Assembly: GCA_951406725.2 (NCBI GenBank)
Contig: OX597821.1
Span: 99,138,001-99,202,000, forward strand
Direction: 5' to 3'
Source of the DNA: Octopus vulgaris
Taxonomy: Eukaryota
DNA length: 64,000 bases
Part shown: piece by piece, positions 13,101-27,925 of the stretch
Layout: each line of letters opens with the position of its first letter
Numbering within the stretch: the first letter of the stretch is position 1
Translations under genes and position numbers: made by a program
The notes under the pieces: generated by a model
The model's input: the letters and a program-made list of their open reading frames with translations, nothing else
Database searches by the model: none
Told to the model about the DNA's origin: nothing

Positions 13101-16100
13101 ACAAACCCAACACAGAAGCCCTCATATCTAAAATAACAATTTGATAAGATAGCCCAAGCCATGGAGAAGGCCTCATAATGTATATAAAAATCATGCATTC
13201 AGTACGAAGCAAATAATCTGAAACACCTTTCTACAATTAACAACTTAATAAAACTAGTATATGCTGACAGCAAACAACACAAAGTGTATTAACGTAATAA
13301 ACATATATATGCCAGCTCTAATCCCACCAGGTTTACTCATCCCGTACACAACAGCTCAACTCACACCAAATACTATCAGTGGTGGAAATTTCAATGTATA
13401 AATCCAGGTACAAAAACAATAACATAAGGGGTAACTACTTTGTGATTCTACATATTTGGTATCAATTGATAGGCGAATTCTCTCCCTTCTTAAAGCAGAT
13501 AATGCCATAAAATTTATTCACTGGTAAAAGATACAGTAAATGCTTTCTATCACCATTATTATTATTCAATATATCAAATATGGAGAAAGTTCTAACCCAG
13601 AACAACTTACCACCATTCCTTCTCAATTGGTGTCTGCATCTTCTAAATTCAAACACTGTTCATGAACATTTGGAAAATTTCTTGCTAGTATTCCAGATCT
13701 CATGAGTTTCATGATGCATTAGAATTTACTGCAGATTGTGACAAGATTTATTTTCTAAAGGACATTTAGATTAAACCAGTTAATAAGGTTTTGTGAGACA
13801 TCAACTTTATATATAATTTGCAAGCAACATCAAATAGAATCCATAAATCAATTTCAAAAAGTGTCATCATTATAGTATATTTCAGAAGTATCATTGAGTA
13901 TAAGGTTCCAACTACTTGAAAGTAAAATGCTTGACTTAGAAATAGTAGAATAAAAAGCTAGAGTATAAAATTAGCTCAAAAGCTAGCATTCATAACAATA
14001 TTTTTATAAATACTACTACAGCTATAAAGTAGCATGTCAAGCATAAATTATTTTAGCAGTTGCTTCTTCAAAGTGTTTTTATGGAGGGTATACATACAAA
14101 CAGAAAATATCCATCAAGAGATACCATATGCTAAAAGGTTGAGAAAAAAATATTATTTCAGATAATAAACCAATAGCCTAAATATTAATTTCTTCACATT
14201 TATCAAATTCTTTAAATTTTAACAAAGCATTGTTTCTCTTAATGTTCAGAAAGCATTGTTTGACAATAAACCATTCAGAAAAAATATTTCAATGGCATCA
14301 ACAATACATGTAAGTTCCTAAACCACAGGATTTGTAAAGTTGACATTCTATATCTTGGACAGTTATATAAACAGCAGTCAATGCTGAAATCTAATACTTG
14401 GCCAGGAGTTCATGTCTCAAAAACTTTCAGTTAGATTTAGTTCAATAGCTTTGAAGATTCTTAGTGTTGACAAATTTTACTTGCCAGAAGATTCAACTAG
14501 TAATATCATCATCATTAATGTCTGTTAAATGATGATGATGATGTTACTATTTGAATCTTCTGGCAAGCAAAATTTGTCAACATTAGGTATCTTCAAAGCC
14601 ATTGAATTTAAATCTAACTGAAAGTTTTTGAGACATGAACTCCTGGCCAAGTATTAGATTTCAGCAGTGACTGCTGTTTATATAACTATCCAAATTATTC
14701 ATTAATTTGATACAAATGCCAAACCTATTGCTATACTAGCACAAAGGCATTCTATGGACAAGTAAACTGTCATCAGAAAAGAGGTAAACTACTTATTTGA
14801 TCAAAGAAGTTTTCATAGAACCAAATAATTCTCCAAGGAGAGCCCAAGTTGTTGTAACGAAAAATGAAAATTGCAAAAAAATAATTTGTTACTTGATTTT
14901 TCAACCACTGTCAACACTTAATGTATTTTTCTTGTCTATTACTGATGAGTTACTATATTGCAACATTTTTATGCTGTAACTTGGAATGCCAACAGATTGG
15001 GGTACAGACTAGATGTTGAATCAAAGACACTGAAGTTGGCCTAGATTCCGTTGTGGGGTTGCTCATAGCCATATGCAGCAGTTCAAGCGTTTTTGACTCC
15101 TGGATAGTAGCATTCAAGTGTCTCTGAAAGATGAACAAATGAAGTGTATCTAATCACACTAGAACAGTATCTAGGCAAGTAATACACATGTAAAATTTCA
15201 GCCCATTACATCAATTATTCTCAGAGATATTGTGACCTAAAGGTTGCTCCTCATAGTCAGAAATGTGATTTTGAAAAAAACGCAAAAATGCTGGAAATGG
15301 TTGATTTTTCCAACAATGCCCAACTACACAAGGATAATATCCACATATTAGTGAAATATTTGCAGTTCTGTATCGTCTAATAATACCCAGAGGCTTATCC
15401 TTTGCTATTTTTCTGAGATTTTGCTATCTGAAATCTGAGGTGTTAATCTTGCCTTTAAAAAAATGAAAGAAATGCTGAGGACTAAAAGAGATAAAAATAT
15501 GCGTTTTTCTGAATACAACACAAATTCGAATTCATTCTTAATGTGTGACAATATGTTGATGTACGCACAAAGAGTCGTAGTGCCAGCCACACTACAGAAG
15601 TGATTACTAAAGGAATTTCACATTGGTCATCCAGGGATTTCGAGAATGAAATTGTTAATGAGAAGTTATGTATATTGGCCAATAATGGACCGTGATATTG
15701 AAGAACTAGTGAAAGCATACAGAGGTTGTACCCTAGCTGCAAAAGCACCTACCACTAAATGGCAGCCATGGCCAAAAACAGATATTCCATGGTTCAGACT
15801 ACATGCTGATTATGCAGGTCCACTCAAGGGTTTATGTTACCTTGTTGTGGTGGACAGTTTTTCAAAGTGGCCTGAAGTGCATAAGTGTAAAAAGCCAACA
15901 TCTGCAGTTACATTAAGTTTTGTACACAAATTGTTCACCAGATATGGTATTCTTGACACCATTGTGTTCAATAATGGAACTCAATTTACTTCAGATGAGC
16001 TCAGAAAATTTTGTAAAATGTTCATTATTGAACATGTGACCACTCTGTATCATCCTAGGTCAAATGGACAAGGGGAGCATTTGGTTGACATTTCCAAGAG

Positions 16101-19100
16101 GGCCTTAAAAAGGTCAACAACAAAGTAATGGACTACCTTGTACTTCAAACAATTTCTAAGAGTGTACCAAGTAACACCTAATCTGAATACTCCATCTGGA
16201 ATGTTGCCTGAAGAATTGATGTTTGCTAGAAAGGTCAGATCCGTCTTTGATAAGCTAATACCGAGAGAAAATAGGAAAAAGGTGAACAACAAATATACTT
16301 CAACATTTTAAAAGTTAAGTGACAAAGTATTTTTTAAAACCTATAGATATGATAGAGAAAACTGGAAGAATGTTATTCCTGGTAAAAGGAAAAAAGACAT
16401 ATTAACCAACTTAAAAAAAGATTCACAGAAAAAGTCACAAGAAAGGAAATCCCTATGGAAGTATTTCATGACATGTTTGAGGTACCAACACCCAAACAAT
16501 TTGAAACAACATGTTCTAACACCAGAAAATGGAAAAGAACAGAAACACTGGAATTGAACCCTAAGCAAAAGAGATATTAAAACTGAGTGGAGTTTAATTC
16601 TCAAAAGGGGAGACATTAGGGGAAACTAATTCTTAAAAGGGCGAATGTTGTGGAAGGATTCTGATCAGCCCCAAGTGACTGAAAGTGGACTGACACATTG
16701 CTATAAAATAAAGAACTGTCAGCAGTTCATGGTAAAATAGTTCACCAAGGATGAAGCATAAAAATGATTGATATATTCACATTACAATTTGCCAGAATGA
16801 ATAGATATGTTATTGCTTAAATTCTCACTGTTTTGCATGCACATAATGAAAAACCAAAGCTGATAAACTGAATTTGTACATGTTTAATATACAATCAAAC
16901 TGAGTAAACTCAACCCAATTAACTAGCCCTCAACACTCCACAGACATCCCATACATTAAACCTATATTAACTATGTATTAATCAAATCACTAGTGAGTGA
17001 CTGAACTGAGCACTGAAGTTTCCTATAGTTTTAGAATTATTAAATCTTGGTTTATTTATCCTTAGTTAAATCTTTTAAGTTTCAAACGCTTCCTACAAAT
17101 CTCTAAGGCAAGCTGATAAATAAGTATCTTCAACAAAGATGTTACAAGTGAATGGTTTACAGAAACAGACATTTTGAAAGTATCACCATATTTCTATAAT
17201 GATACTGGTTAAGATGAAAAACTCAACAGAACAAATTGATTTAGAAATGCAGAACTTTGTAAGCTTATTTATAAAGTAATATGATATTGCAAATGTAGTG
17301 AGAACTTAATGAAAGTCAAGAAACATAACTACCACATTTAGCAGCTGACTAATTCAGCTATACTGAGATTTAGCATAAAGAAGAATTCACTAATTCATGA
17401 TAAAATTTGGGATTAACAAATGTAATTTACACCATCTTCTATTAGTATATGTTTCACATTTTTTTTTTTTTATATTTCAACTGCAAAACTTAACTGTAAA
17501 TGCCAACACCACTAGTTGAGATTACAATAACCAAACTTATATCTAGAATTTTTTAGATTGATAACAAAAATTAATAAATTCAGTTCAACAATGACTAGGA
17601 CAATTAAAGTAAAATGATCTTAGCAAGAGTTATAACAAAGTTCTTATATAGCTTCAAGAAGCAACAAGAAGAAATAATGCCTACAAGATAACAAGTGTAG
17701 TTATGGTGAATGGGTTTGTAGCCAATTAACCAGGTGAGTTTTTTTATTGAGAATACTTAAGCTTGCTGCAGATATATGCAGAAATACTGAATACACTTGA
17801 GCTTTGTAAAGAACTACGGCCACCAAATGAAATAAATTGTAACAGTATATCTATGCATGTGCATATAATTCTACTACATTTCATTTTGTTGGTATAATCA
17901 ATAGGTGAATAACATGCTGAATAAAATTGGGTTACATAATCAAAATGCAGATAATTTATAAGACATGAAAAAAATCTAAAAGTAAGACTATTTCTTTTGC
18001 TTGATAATTATTGGTTAAAAAAAGGAAACTCTTTAGTTTCTACAGTGTTTGCAATATTTGTCCAGACACTGAAGCAAATAAGGCAAACACACAGAACAAA
18101 AACAATGATACTTAATATTTGAATTAAAAAAATCTTACTATTTCTTAATGATGTGTGCAACATGTTACAGCTTACTCTTCTCAAAACGATAAAAAGATAA
18201 AACATTACTTGAAAACATTCCTTTGAAATGCTACCATAATTAAATAACTACAGAATTTGTAAGTTTCTAGAAATAAGTATTTTATGAAAATATTTCATTA
18301 GAAAAGAAACAAGACATATAACTTTGATAAAGACAAATTATTAATGTCAAACATTATTTTTTTTAAAATATGTCCTTACCAGTTGTCATCTTCCCACTGA
18401 TGAAACCTGGATCTTTTTTAACGTCTGCTATAGCAGCCAGTGGAAGGCCCCAGTTGGCAACTGGAACAATAAAGTAAGATATAATAACAATGTTATGATA
18501 TAGCATAAAATTAGCAATGAACGTCATCATCATCATCATCATTTTGTGTTAGTTTTTCCATGTTGGCATGGGATGAACAAGCTTCTCCAGTGCAGTATCT
18601 TGCTATTTGTTATATTAGTCATTTGTTATATTAGTCATTTGTCATCATCTATTTGTAGAATCCAATTATCCAACATCATAATGCCAAGAAAGAAGTTTCT
18701 ATGTGGTTGCTTGACCTGCTAAAATTAGCTTCCAAATATTCCCCAAATTACACCCTCCTGTCTTAAAAAAAAGGGGCACAGTGGATAACAGAATCCTGGA
18801 CTTACAAGAGATGGGATGATCATATCTGGAAACCCTTTCATCATTGATCAAGAGTAGCCTGGAGGTTACCTTCACTTGGATTGTTTAGCACATCTTTACT
18901 CAACTTCAGACATACTATATATCTGTATAGCACAGTCATCAAACTAGTATGTCATTTCATCTACAACCAATTTTTTTTTTTTATTATAGCTCATCTGTGA
19001 ACCATCATTCTTGCATGTAAATGTTATACATCCACCAGAGCATACTTGCTTCATTTTTCTTTTCCAGCAAGCACACATTTTTCTCATTGAGTGCCTATGT

Positions 19101-21115
19101 TTCTACACGTGGACCATCATACAATCTGCCCTGCACTTAGAGAAAGAGACCCTTTATTTCCTTCAGAATAGTCACCTGAAATTTTCAACCCTACAACTCC
19201 CATTGCAGCCTAATAAGGTCACCTAGGTATTAGAAGCTCTCGATAGTATTCAGTGATCTTTCTGGACAGTTTAAAAAATTCAGTTAATGAGTGCTCTTGC
19301 TACTAACTATTTTTGAATGCTTGTTACACAAACCTTCACAGTATTAGTTTTTATTCAGAGTTACTGCTGTCCTAGATGGATGACCTTCACTACTACTTGT
19401 CTCCTCTGTTCAGAGTACTCAACTTCCTAGATGGATTGCCTTGAATACAGCTTGGTAGTCACATCACTCCATGATGGAGAGAGTAGATTTAGAGAGTTCT
19501 TAGTTACTAAGAGGATGTAAGGGAAATGAGCATAAAACTGTTTCTATTATGAGAGAGGAGGAACTTGTAATGGTAGTCAGAAAATAACAGAGTCTCAATT
19601 CCCAGTTAGCTGAGAATTGAGGCTGTCTTCAATGTAAGTGAGAGAATGTCTTTTTTTCATTTGGACATTTGTTTTAAGAGATAAAGTCTTGTCAGATTCT
19701 AGCAAAATTGTTCAAGAATATTTCATGAACAAACTTGATTAATATTAATTCTGCAGACAGTAATCTAGAATTTTTCTGAGTGAAAGTTCTAAATATAAAC
19801 AATAAATATAAACATTGTTCACTTAGTTAATCTTTCCCATTCAATTCTTGCAGTACTATAACATCTGATCTACACTTTACATCACTCATCAATGACAGAA
19901 ATATGTTTTTCTTCATTTGGACACTCCTTTCATCAACGTTAAAGGTTTTTTGTTTTTGGAAGCTAATGAAAATGTTCGAGAATATTAAACTAAATTATCC
20001 AATACTAAATCAACTCCAGCCTTCAAAAAATTTTTTTTGTAGTCAATATCTATACAATATCACCATCTTTATGCATATTTCATGCAGTTTGTCTTTTCAC
20101 ATGGTGAGAGAAGTTTTTTTTTTGTTTTTAAAAAAAGTAATAGATCTTTGAATGCCTCAACACACTTAGCAGATAGTTTCTGTTATTTAAATGATCTAAG
20201 AAAATATCTAAACAACAGAAACAATCTTAATACATTTAGTGAGCTTTCTAAGCAGTTCATGTACTTCATTTTATGGGTGATTCAGGCCCCAAAGTTTGCT
20301 TAACATGGTTTCTACAGTTGAATGTTCTTCCCAATGCCAACCACTTCACAGGTTTCTTTCATTGTGCTGCTTTTGTGGAACTAGTACTAATGATGTCACC
20401 ATGAAGTTTGCAACACTAAAATTCTCTTTGACTAAATGGGGCTACAGTAGGGAGGGAGATAGGAAATACAGGTGCATAAGAAATTCAGGTGAGATATAAC
20501 AGGAGTGAGATATGACTGGAGATAGGAAATGGGTGTGAGGTGAATATAATGAATGAAGAACAGTGTTGAGGGATGATAAGTAGAGATGATAAGAAAAAGT
20601 AGGTAGGCTTGAGGGGTAGACATAGAGACTGGTGGATAAGGAGTGAGGAGTGACCTATGATACATGAGTTTGGGGAAGATAAGGGAGAGTAAGAAATGAC
20701 TTATAATGCATAAAGGAGAATAATAATAACTATTAAAGTCAGGGAGAGGATGAGAGAAAGAGTGGAAGAAAGAGATGACATATTCAGTAGGCTGCAAAGT
20801 GAGTGGGTAGAGAAGCAGGCATATTACATGAGCAGAGTGAAAAATGTATAGTAGTGAAGAAGGAAAGACTATTTCATGACCCGGGAGTATGATCAATGTA
20901 AAATGTGGATAGAAAGAGAGTAACAAGAATAAAGGCTGGATATCAAGTGAAATTGTTCTGGTAGTGACCTGATTAAGTATGCAGTTCTGCTCACATTTAA
21001 TAACAGCAACACAATACTGAAGGTTAAGAGACGATGGTTAGTGGGAGTGACATGAGGAGGAAATAGGGTTAGAGGAAATTGTGTATGTGTGTGTGTATAC
21101 GTGCATGCATGCATG

Positions 21116-21183
<68 letters not shown>

Positions 21184-24100
21184 CAGTTTCACTGAAATGG
21201 GTGGGTTGACATCTCACCTAATTCTAGTTCTTCACCTGGAGACTTGGAGATCTGGACCAAACCCAACTGGACCTATCTCTAAAGGCGCTGAGTTGCAGGC
21301 CTAACTTTCTTTTGCTGATTTTTGCTCTTGTCACTGCCTCATACTCCCTTAGAGCAGTGCTGATCAGGTCTATGTACCTGGTGTTCAACACTATGGTGGT
21401 GACATGGTTCTCCATGTCCTAGTTCATGTAGAATGCCTCTTAATGCCTCCAGTTTCTGCAGTAGTGGCTCTTGAGTGAGTACATGCAGAAGAGACAGAGA
21501 CAACTTTCACAGACCAAGCACATGACACTGAATGGTTCCAATAGGTAAGAATTTACTCAAACTACCAAACAGACACTGCAGTACATTGCAGCAATCTAGG
21601 CATGGAAGATGGGACCAAAAACAGTTGCCATGAAAACAGCTGTCAAGTATTGGTGGTTGACCCTATCAAAAGCTTTTGATTGATCCAAATTGATCAGAGC
21701 CCCACTCACTCCAGGTTCATTACCCAGCCTCTCTATAATGTATCACATGAGGTGGAACATATTGTGGATAGATCTGCTTGGGATGGTACATATTGCTAAT
21801 CAGTCCCTCAACAAGTGCTAACTTCTTCACTAACACTTATGTCAGAATTTTGAAATCTGCATTTAGTAAAATTATAAGCCTAAAACTATCAATTTGATCC
21901 CCTTAGTAGTGCCATGGCTTTTGGTTCCCAGAACTAGGAATTCTTCCATTCTACAATTTGTGGTAAATATATGCCAAGAGACCTCCAAGCATGTGACATA
22001 TAAATAAAAATTTATATGATGTAGGGTAGACCATCCAAACCAGGAAATTTTCCTCACTCCCACCCCCTGCAGCCAATCCTGTATTTTCATGGTCGTTTTC
22101 AATTTTGCACAACACTGTTTCACTTGCCAAGAGTTGCAATAGACCATCAAAGTAGTTACTGAAGTCCATCCAGTGTTCCAGTTCCCCAATTGTCCCAAAC
22201 AGTTGTATGAGGAGCTGCTGATATACCTCATGCATCTGCTCAAGCTCAAGTAGCATGCACACATTTTGGTCACCAAAGACCAAATCAAGGCTTTGTTGTC
22301 ATGTTGTGCTCCTACCACTTGGACACACTGAGTGGCTTTCATTCTCTTGTGTCCTAGAGAAAAACAACACAGACTTTTTATGCTTAGCAATGAACAATTG
22401 GTTAAGAGCCAATCTTTCTGCAGGCACATCAGATGCTATGCCTGTCCCAAGTGCCTCTTCAAAGTTTCTATTTTCTACTGTTTTCTTCTATCATTACTGC
22501 CTTACTAAACCCAGTTGATTCTATTCTAATCACCTTTTCCGGTACAAACTACCATTTGTTGTTGACAATTGACCCCTATCAATGCCCACTTAACTAATTC
22601 GTTAATTCAGTCTCTGTAAGATTAGAGCACCAGGAGTGATACATTCCACTTCATGTAACTGGGTCCCTGCCTTCAGGGGCCTATCTAGGTTGACTGTACA
22701 AATCACAAATTTGTGGTCTGTGTGGTAGGAAATTTTAAATAGTGAACAACCCATGCCATCTTTAACTACAAATGTATAAAATACTCCATCTAGATATGAC
22801 CTTGATGACCCGATGTGGATTTTCCACGTCCACATAGGTAGATTTGGGAAATTCAGTCAGTACCGTCAAACAATCAGAAATGTCAGAGGAGGCTGAAAAA
22901 GGCTCTTACACTCTTCTTCTCTCAGTTAGCCCTGTACAATCCAAATGTGCATTGATGATGGCATTCCAGTTGCCCACAAGTACTAAATACTGGGACACAC
23001 CGAAAAAAACCCAGATGCCTAAAGAAATCCAGCTGTCTTGCCCCTGTCAGAGCATAAACAGCTACTAGTTGGAAGTGACCCCCTTCGCTACTGTTCCCAT
23101 TCAGGATCATCAACTTACCTTCTGGGTCCACGAAAATGCTCTGTACCATGAGATACCTACCTTTCTGAAATAATACTGCAGTTTCTCCACCCCACCCCTA
23201 TTCCCAATTGACATGAAAATAAACAATCATGTACTCCCTGAAAATGAGTATTTCACTTTGGCTGCACCACATCTGAGGTCACTGAGCAGGTGGTCCTGTT
23301 TCCAAGACAACCCAGCATTCCCATTGCTTATTCTAAATAGGGTTATGTTAGGCAACAGAGGAGGAGGGTGAAAAGAATCTGTGGAGGAACAGATGTTTCA
23401 TTCCTCATATAGCAGAGTATTTTCCAAAATCAGTTCTTTTGTTCCAAGAGCCATCATCTCCTTTGATTTGAGAAACCATGTTTTTTTGTTTTAAAATATT
23501 GAATTTTGCCAATTTAAGTTCCTAAATTCATGAATATTTCACAGAGCCAGCTCACTGTAGAGAAAGCAAGTCGGTTTATTAAATTTGATAGTACAAGAAT
23601 ACAAATAACAATCTTTGAAACAACAAAATTAAACAAAACTCATAAATTTTGGACAGGTGTCGTTCCTTTCCTCCTCTTCCTCCTCTAACAACAACGATTT
23701 CAAATTTTGGCACAAGGCCAGCAATTTCGAAGGAAGGGATAAGTTGATTACATCATTCTATTGACCCCAAAAGAATGAAAGGCAAAGTAGACCTAAGTGG
23801 AATTTGAACTCAGATTGCAAAGACAGATGAAATACCACTAAGCATTTTGCCCGATGTGCTAATGGTTTTGACAGTTCACAACCGAATGATGATGATGATA
23901 ATAATAATGCCCTGATGCAGTACCAGGCAGTGGCTCTCGTGGCGTCTGATCTTAATTGATAGGAAGTGTTAACATGTACATGCTTTGTCTTGGTGTAAAA
24001 GATGGGCTACAGCAAATATTCTATTCAATACTACAGATTTGCTTGTCAGTTGTTTAACCTTAACCAGTTGACCATGTCCCTTGGTGGCTGACAGTATATG

Positions 24101-24456
24101 CATCTCTGATCATGTGCAGGAGTAGTGGGGAAGCATCAAAGCCACATGTTAGGAGGAATTCTTTGGGACTTGAATAATTCCCCTCTGGAAACATGAGTGT
24201 TTCATTCATCATCCTTAAACAACCCTTCCTCATGGACTTTTTGAGTGGGATGGGCTACTTGACCTAAGAAAATTCTAACTGGTTCCATCTGCAAGATCAT
24301 GTACTGTTCATCTTGATATGAGGTCACCATCTTGTGTACATATGGTCATGATGCATATGCCTGGTGCACCTTTATCAGATAGGTGGCCATGATGGATATA
24401 TTGGGCTCCAAATGTTTGTACCCATGTTGCTTTGATGTCATGCACCACTCTCTCTC

Positions 24457-24489
<33 letters not shown>

Positions 24490-27400
24490 GCCCTGATGCA
24501 GTACCAGGCAGTGGCTTTCATGGCTTCTCATCTTAACTGATTGGAAGTGTTATCATGTACTTTGTGTTGTCTTGGTATAACAGATGGGCTACAGTAAATC
24601 TTCTGCTCAATACCACAGATTTGCTTGTCAGTTGTTTGATCATAACCAGCTGAGCATATTCCTTAGTGACTGACAATATGTGCATCTCTGATCACGAGCA
24701 GAGGTAGTGGGGGAACATCATAACCATGTGTTGAAAGGAATTCTTTGGGGTCTGGATAATTCATCTTTGGAAACATGGGTGTTTCATTCAACATCCTTAA
24801 CCAACCCTTATGTGTGAGATAGACTACTCGACCTGTAGAAAATTTTAACTGAGCCCTATCTGCAAAGTCATGCACTGTTAATCTTGATATGAGATCACTA
24901 TGTCGTGTATATATGATTGCAATGCATGTGCCAGGTGTACCCTTATCAGACAGATAGTCGTGATGGGTTTGCTGGGTTTCGTATATTTACCCCAGTGTTA
25001 CTTTGATGGCATGCACTGCTCTCTCACTCAAAAATGAGGAGGAGGAGTGGGGGAAGAGGGAGAGGAGGGGGAGAAGAAGAAGAAGAAGAAGAAGAAGAAG
25101 AAGAATAGGATTATGACATTGGTACTTGGGTGTTGAATGTCATCATCATCATCTTCATTTAACATATATTGTCCATGCTGGCATGGATTGGACAGTTTGA
25201 CTGGGCTGGCACACTAGAAGGCTGTGCCATGCTCCAGTCTGATTTGGCATGGTTTTCTATGGCTGGATGCCCTTCTTAATGCCAACCACTCCAAGAGTAT
25301 AATGGGTACTTTTACATGCCACCAGCATGGGTGCCATTTGCATGACACTGGTATCTGCCACAACTGTGATTTTGCTCAGCTTTATAGGCCTCCTTTTCAA
25401 GCATGACATAATGCCAAAGGTCTTGTTCATTGCCTCTTTGAGGCCTAACACTCAAAAGGAAGTCAGCCACTCTGACTCCATGGAGTCCAACATAGTGAAC
25501 AACCAATTAATCAAAGCTGTGTGGAAAGAGACCCTGTGAGACCTGACAACAGGCAGCTGTCTGCTTTCACAGAATCAACCTGAGCAAACAAGACTGAGTG
25601 CTCTGAGAATAAAATAATAATAATAATAAATTCTCTGAAGAAATATCAGGCATTGGCTCCCATGGCTTCTGGTCTTAACTGATTGGAAGTGCTAACATGC
25701 ACATGTTTTGTCTTGGTGTAAGATGGACTACAGCAAGTATTTTGTTCAATATCACAGATTTGCTTGTCAGTTGCTTCACCTTAACCAGCATGTCCTTTAG
25801 TGGCTGACAATATATGCATGTTTGATCATGAGCAGGAGTAGTGAGAAGAGCATCACAGCTAGGTATTGAGAGGAATCGTTTGGCATTTGCATGATTCACC
25901 TTGGAAACAAGGGTGTTTCATTCATCATACTTAAACAACCCTTATTTTGGGACCTTTTGAGTGGGACTATTATCATTTAATGCCATAAGGTGGTGAGCTG
26001 GCAGAATCATTAACATATTGGACAAAATGCTTAGCAGCAATTCGTCCGTCTTTGCATTCTGGGTTCAAATTCTGTTATGGTCAACTTTTGCTTTTCATCT
26101 TTTGGGGAGCGATAAAATAAGTACCAGTCATTCACTGAACTTGATATAATTGACTAGGGCCCTCAATACAAAGTTTCAGGCTTTATGCATATAGTAAAAA
26201 AATTATTATTTAATGTCATTCCTGCTTGCATGAGTTATTCATTTCTATATTAAATATTAATAGAATAAACTTACCTGGTCCCCAAAAGTGCTACAAAAGA
26301 AAGAAAAAAAATTCCTGAATAGATATTAAAATGATTTTAAGTGGTAGAAACAATGCAGAACTTTTTGAGAAATTTATATTCAAAAATGACAACTACTTGA
26401 ATATGAAATAATTAATAAGAGTCTAATAAAAGCATTTTATACATGTATAATCATATTTATAAACTAAAAAATAAAAATAAAGATATTTTGAACATATGTT
26501 ATATCAAAACAGTCTCTGAAAACATTCTAAAAAAATGTTTAAGCATACTGAAGAAAAGAAAAAGCAATATCTGTAAGATGGCAAGGAATTGAACATTCTC
26601 TAAACTTATAAATAACAATGAATATCATCAGTTTAGTAGACACAAATTATGAAGCTACATGCTGCCATTGAACAAACTATTCAAAAAGATGGTGGCTGTG
26701 TGGTAAGTAGCTTGTTTACCAACCACATGGTTCCGGGTTCAGTCCCACTGCGTAGCACCTCAGGCAAGTGTCTTCTACTATAGCCTCGGGCCAACCAAAG
26801 CCTTGTGAGTGGATTTGGTAGACGGAAACTGAAAGAAGCCTGTCGTATATATGTATATATATCTGTGTGTGTTTGTCCTCCTAGCATTGCTTGAGAACCG
26901 ATGCTGGTGTGTTTATGTCCCCATTACCTAGCAGTTCGGCAAAAGAGACCGATAGAATAAGTACTGGGCTTACAAGAGAATAAGTACCGGGGTCAAGTTG
27001 CTTGATTAAAGGCGGTGCTCCAGCATGGCCTCAGTCAAATGACTGAAACAAGTAAAAGAGAAAGAGATATCCCCCCAGAAAACAAAAGAAAGTTGAGAAA
27101 ATGATAAAACACAACTCCTTATTCAGCCACCTCCCTGGCACTCACTTTTTCACCTGACCCCTATCATGCTATTTTTTTGACAACTTCTCTTCTACATTTT
27201 AATTCCTCTCACATCATATATCTCCTATACTGCTCATACCATTGCACTCTAGTTGTTTTCTCTCCCTTTATCTCCCTGCGTCTGCCCCTCAATATCATCC
27301 CACATTTTTTTATAATTTGTAATTTTGCATTTGTGTTTGTGTCTGTATTTGTCTCCCCACCACCATCAATTGACAACCGATGTTGGTGTGTTTGCATCCC

Positions 27401-27860
27401 CGTAACTTAGCTGTTCGGCAGAAGTGACTGATACAATAAGTATCAGGCTTACAAGGAATAAGTCCAGGGGTTGATTTCTTCAACTAAAAGGTGGTGTTCT
27501 AGCATGGTCACGGTCAAATGACTGAAACAAGTAAAAGAATAAAAAAATACCAGAAGAACGTTCCATACCACTAAACCAAGAAGGTTTTTTTAATATGTAT
27601 GATGTATTTTAAGGCTAAATTGTAAGTCTATTTACATTTGCATAGCCAAGATATTTTGGTTGGATTATATAGTTATTGGTTTTACACATCTTTCTATATT
27701 CTGTAACTGTCACAATATAGAAACATTTCTCATGGCACCAGTACACAATTTACAGATACTTACATCTTTTGTGTTTTCCATGAAGTTTTCACGGAGTCAA
27801 CTAGTTACTATTATTTACATAAGTGTAAAATTCAGCATAAGTGTAAAATTATCAAATAAT

Positions 27861-27925
<65 letters not shown>

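Noticed and set aside
20432-21304. ORFs of 71-164 aa
   Set aside because: They arise from a purine-skewed low-complexity tract and a (CA)n repeat; no domain or splice support.
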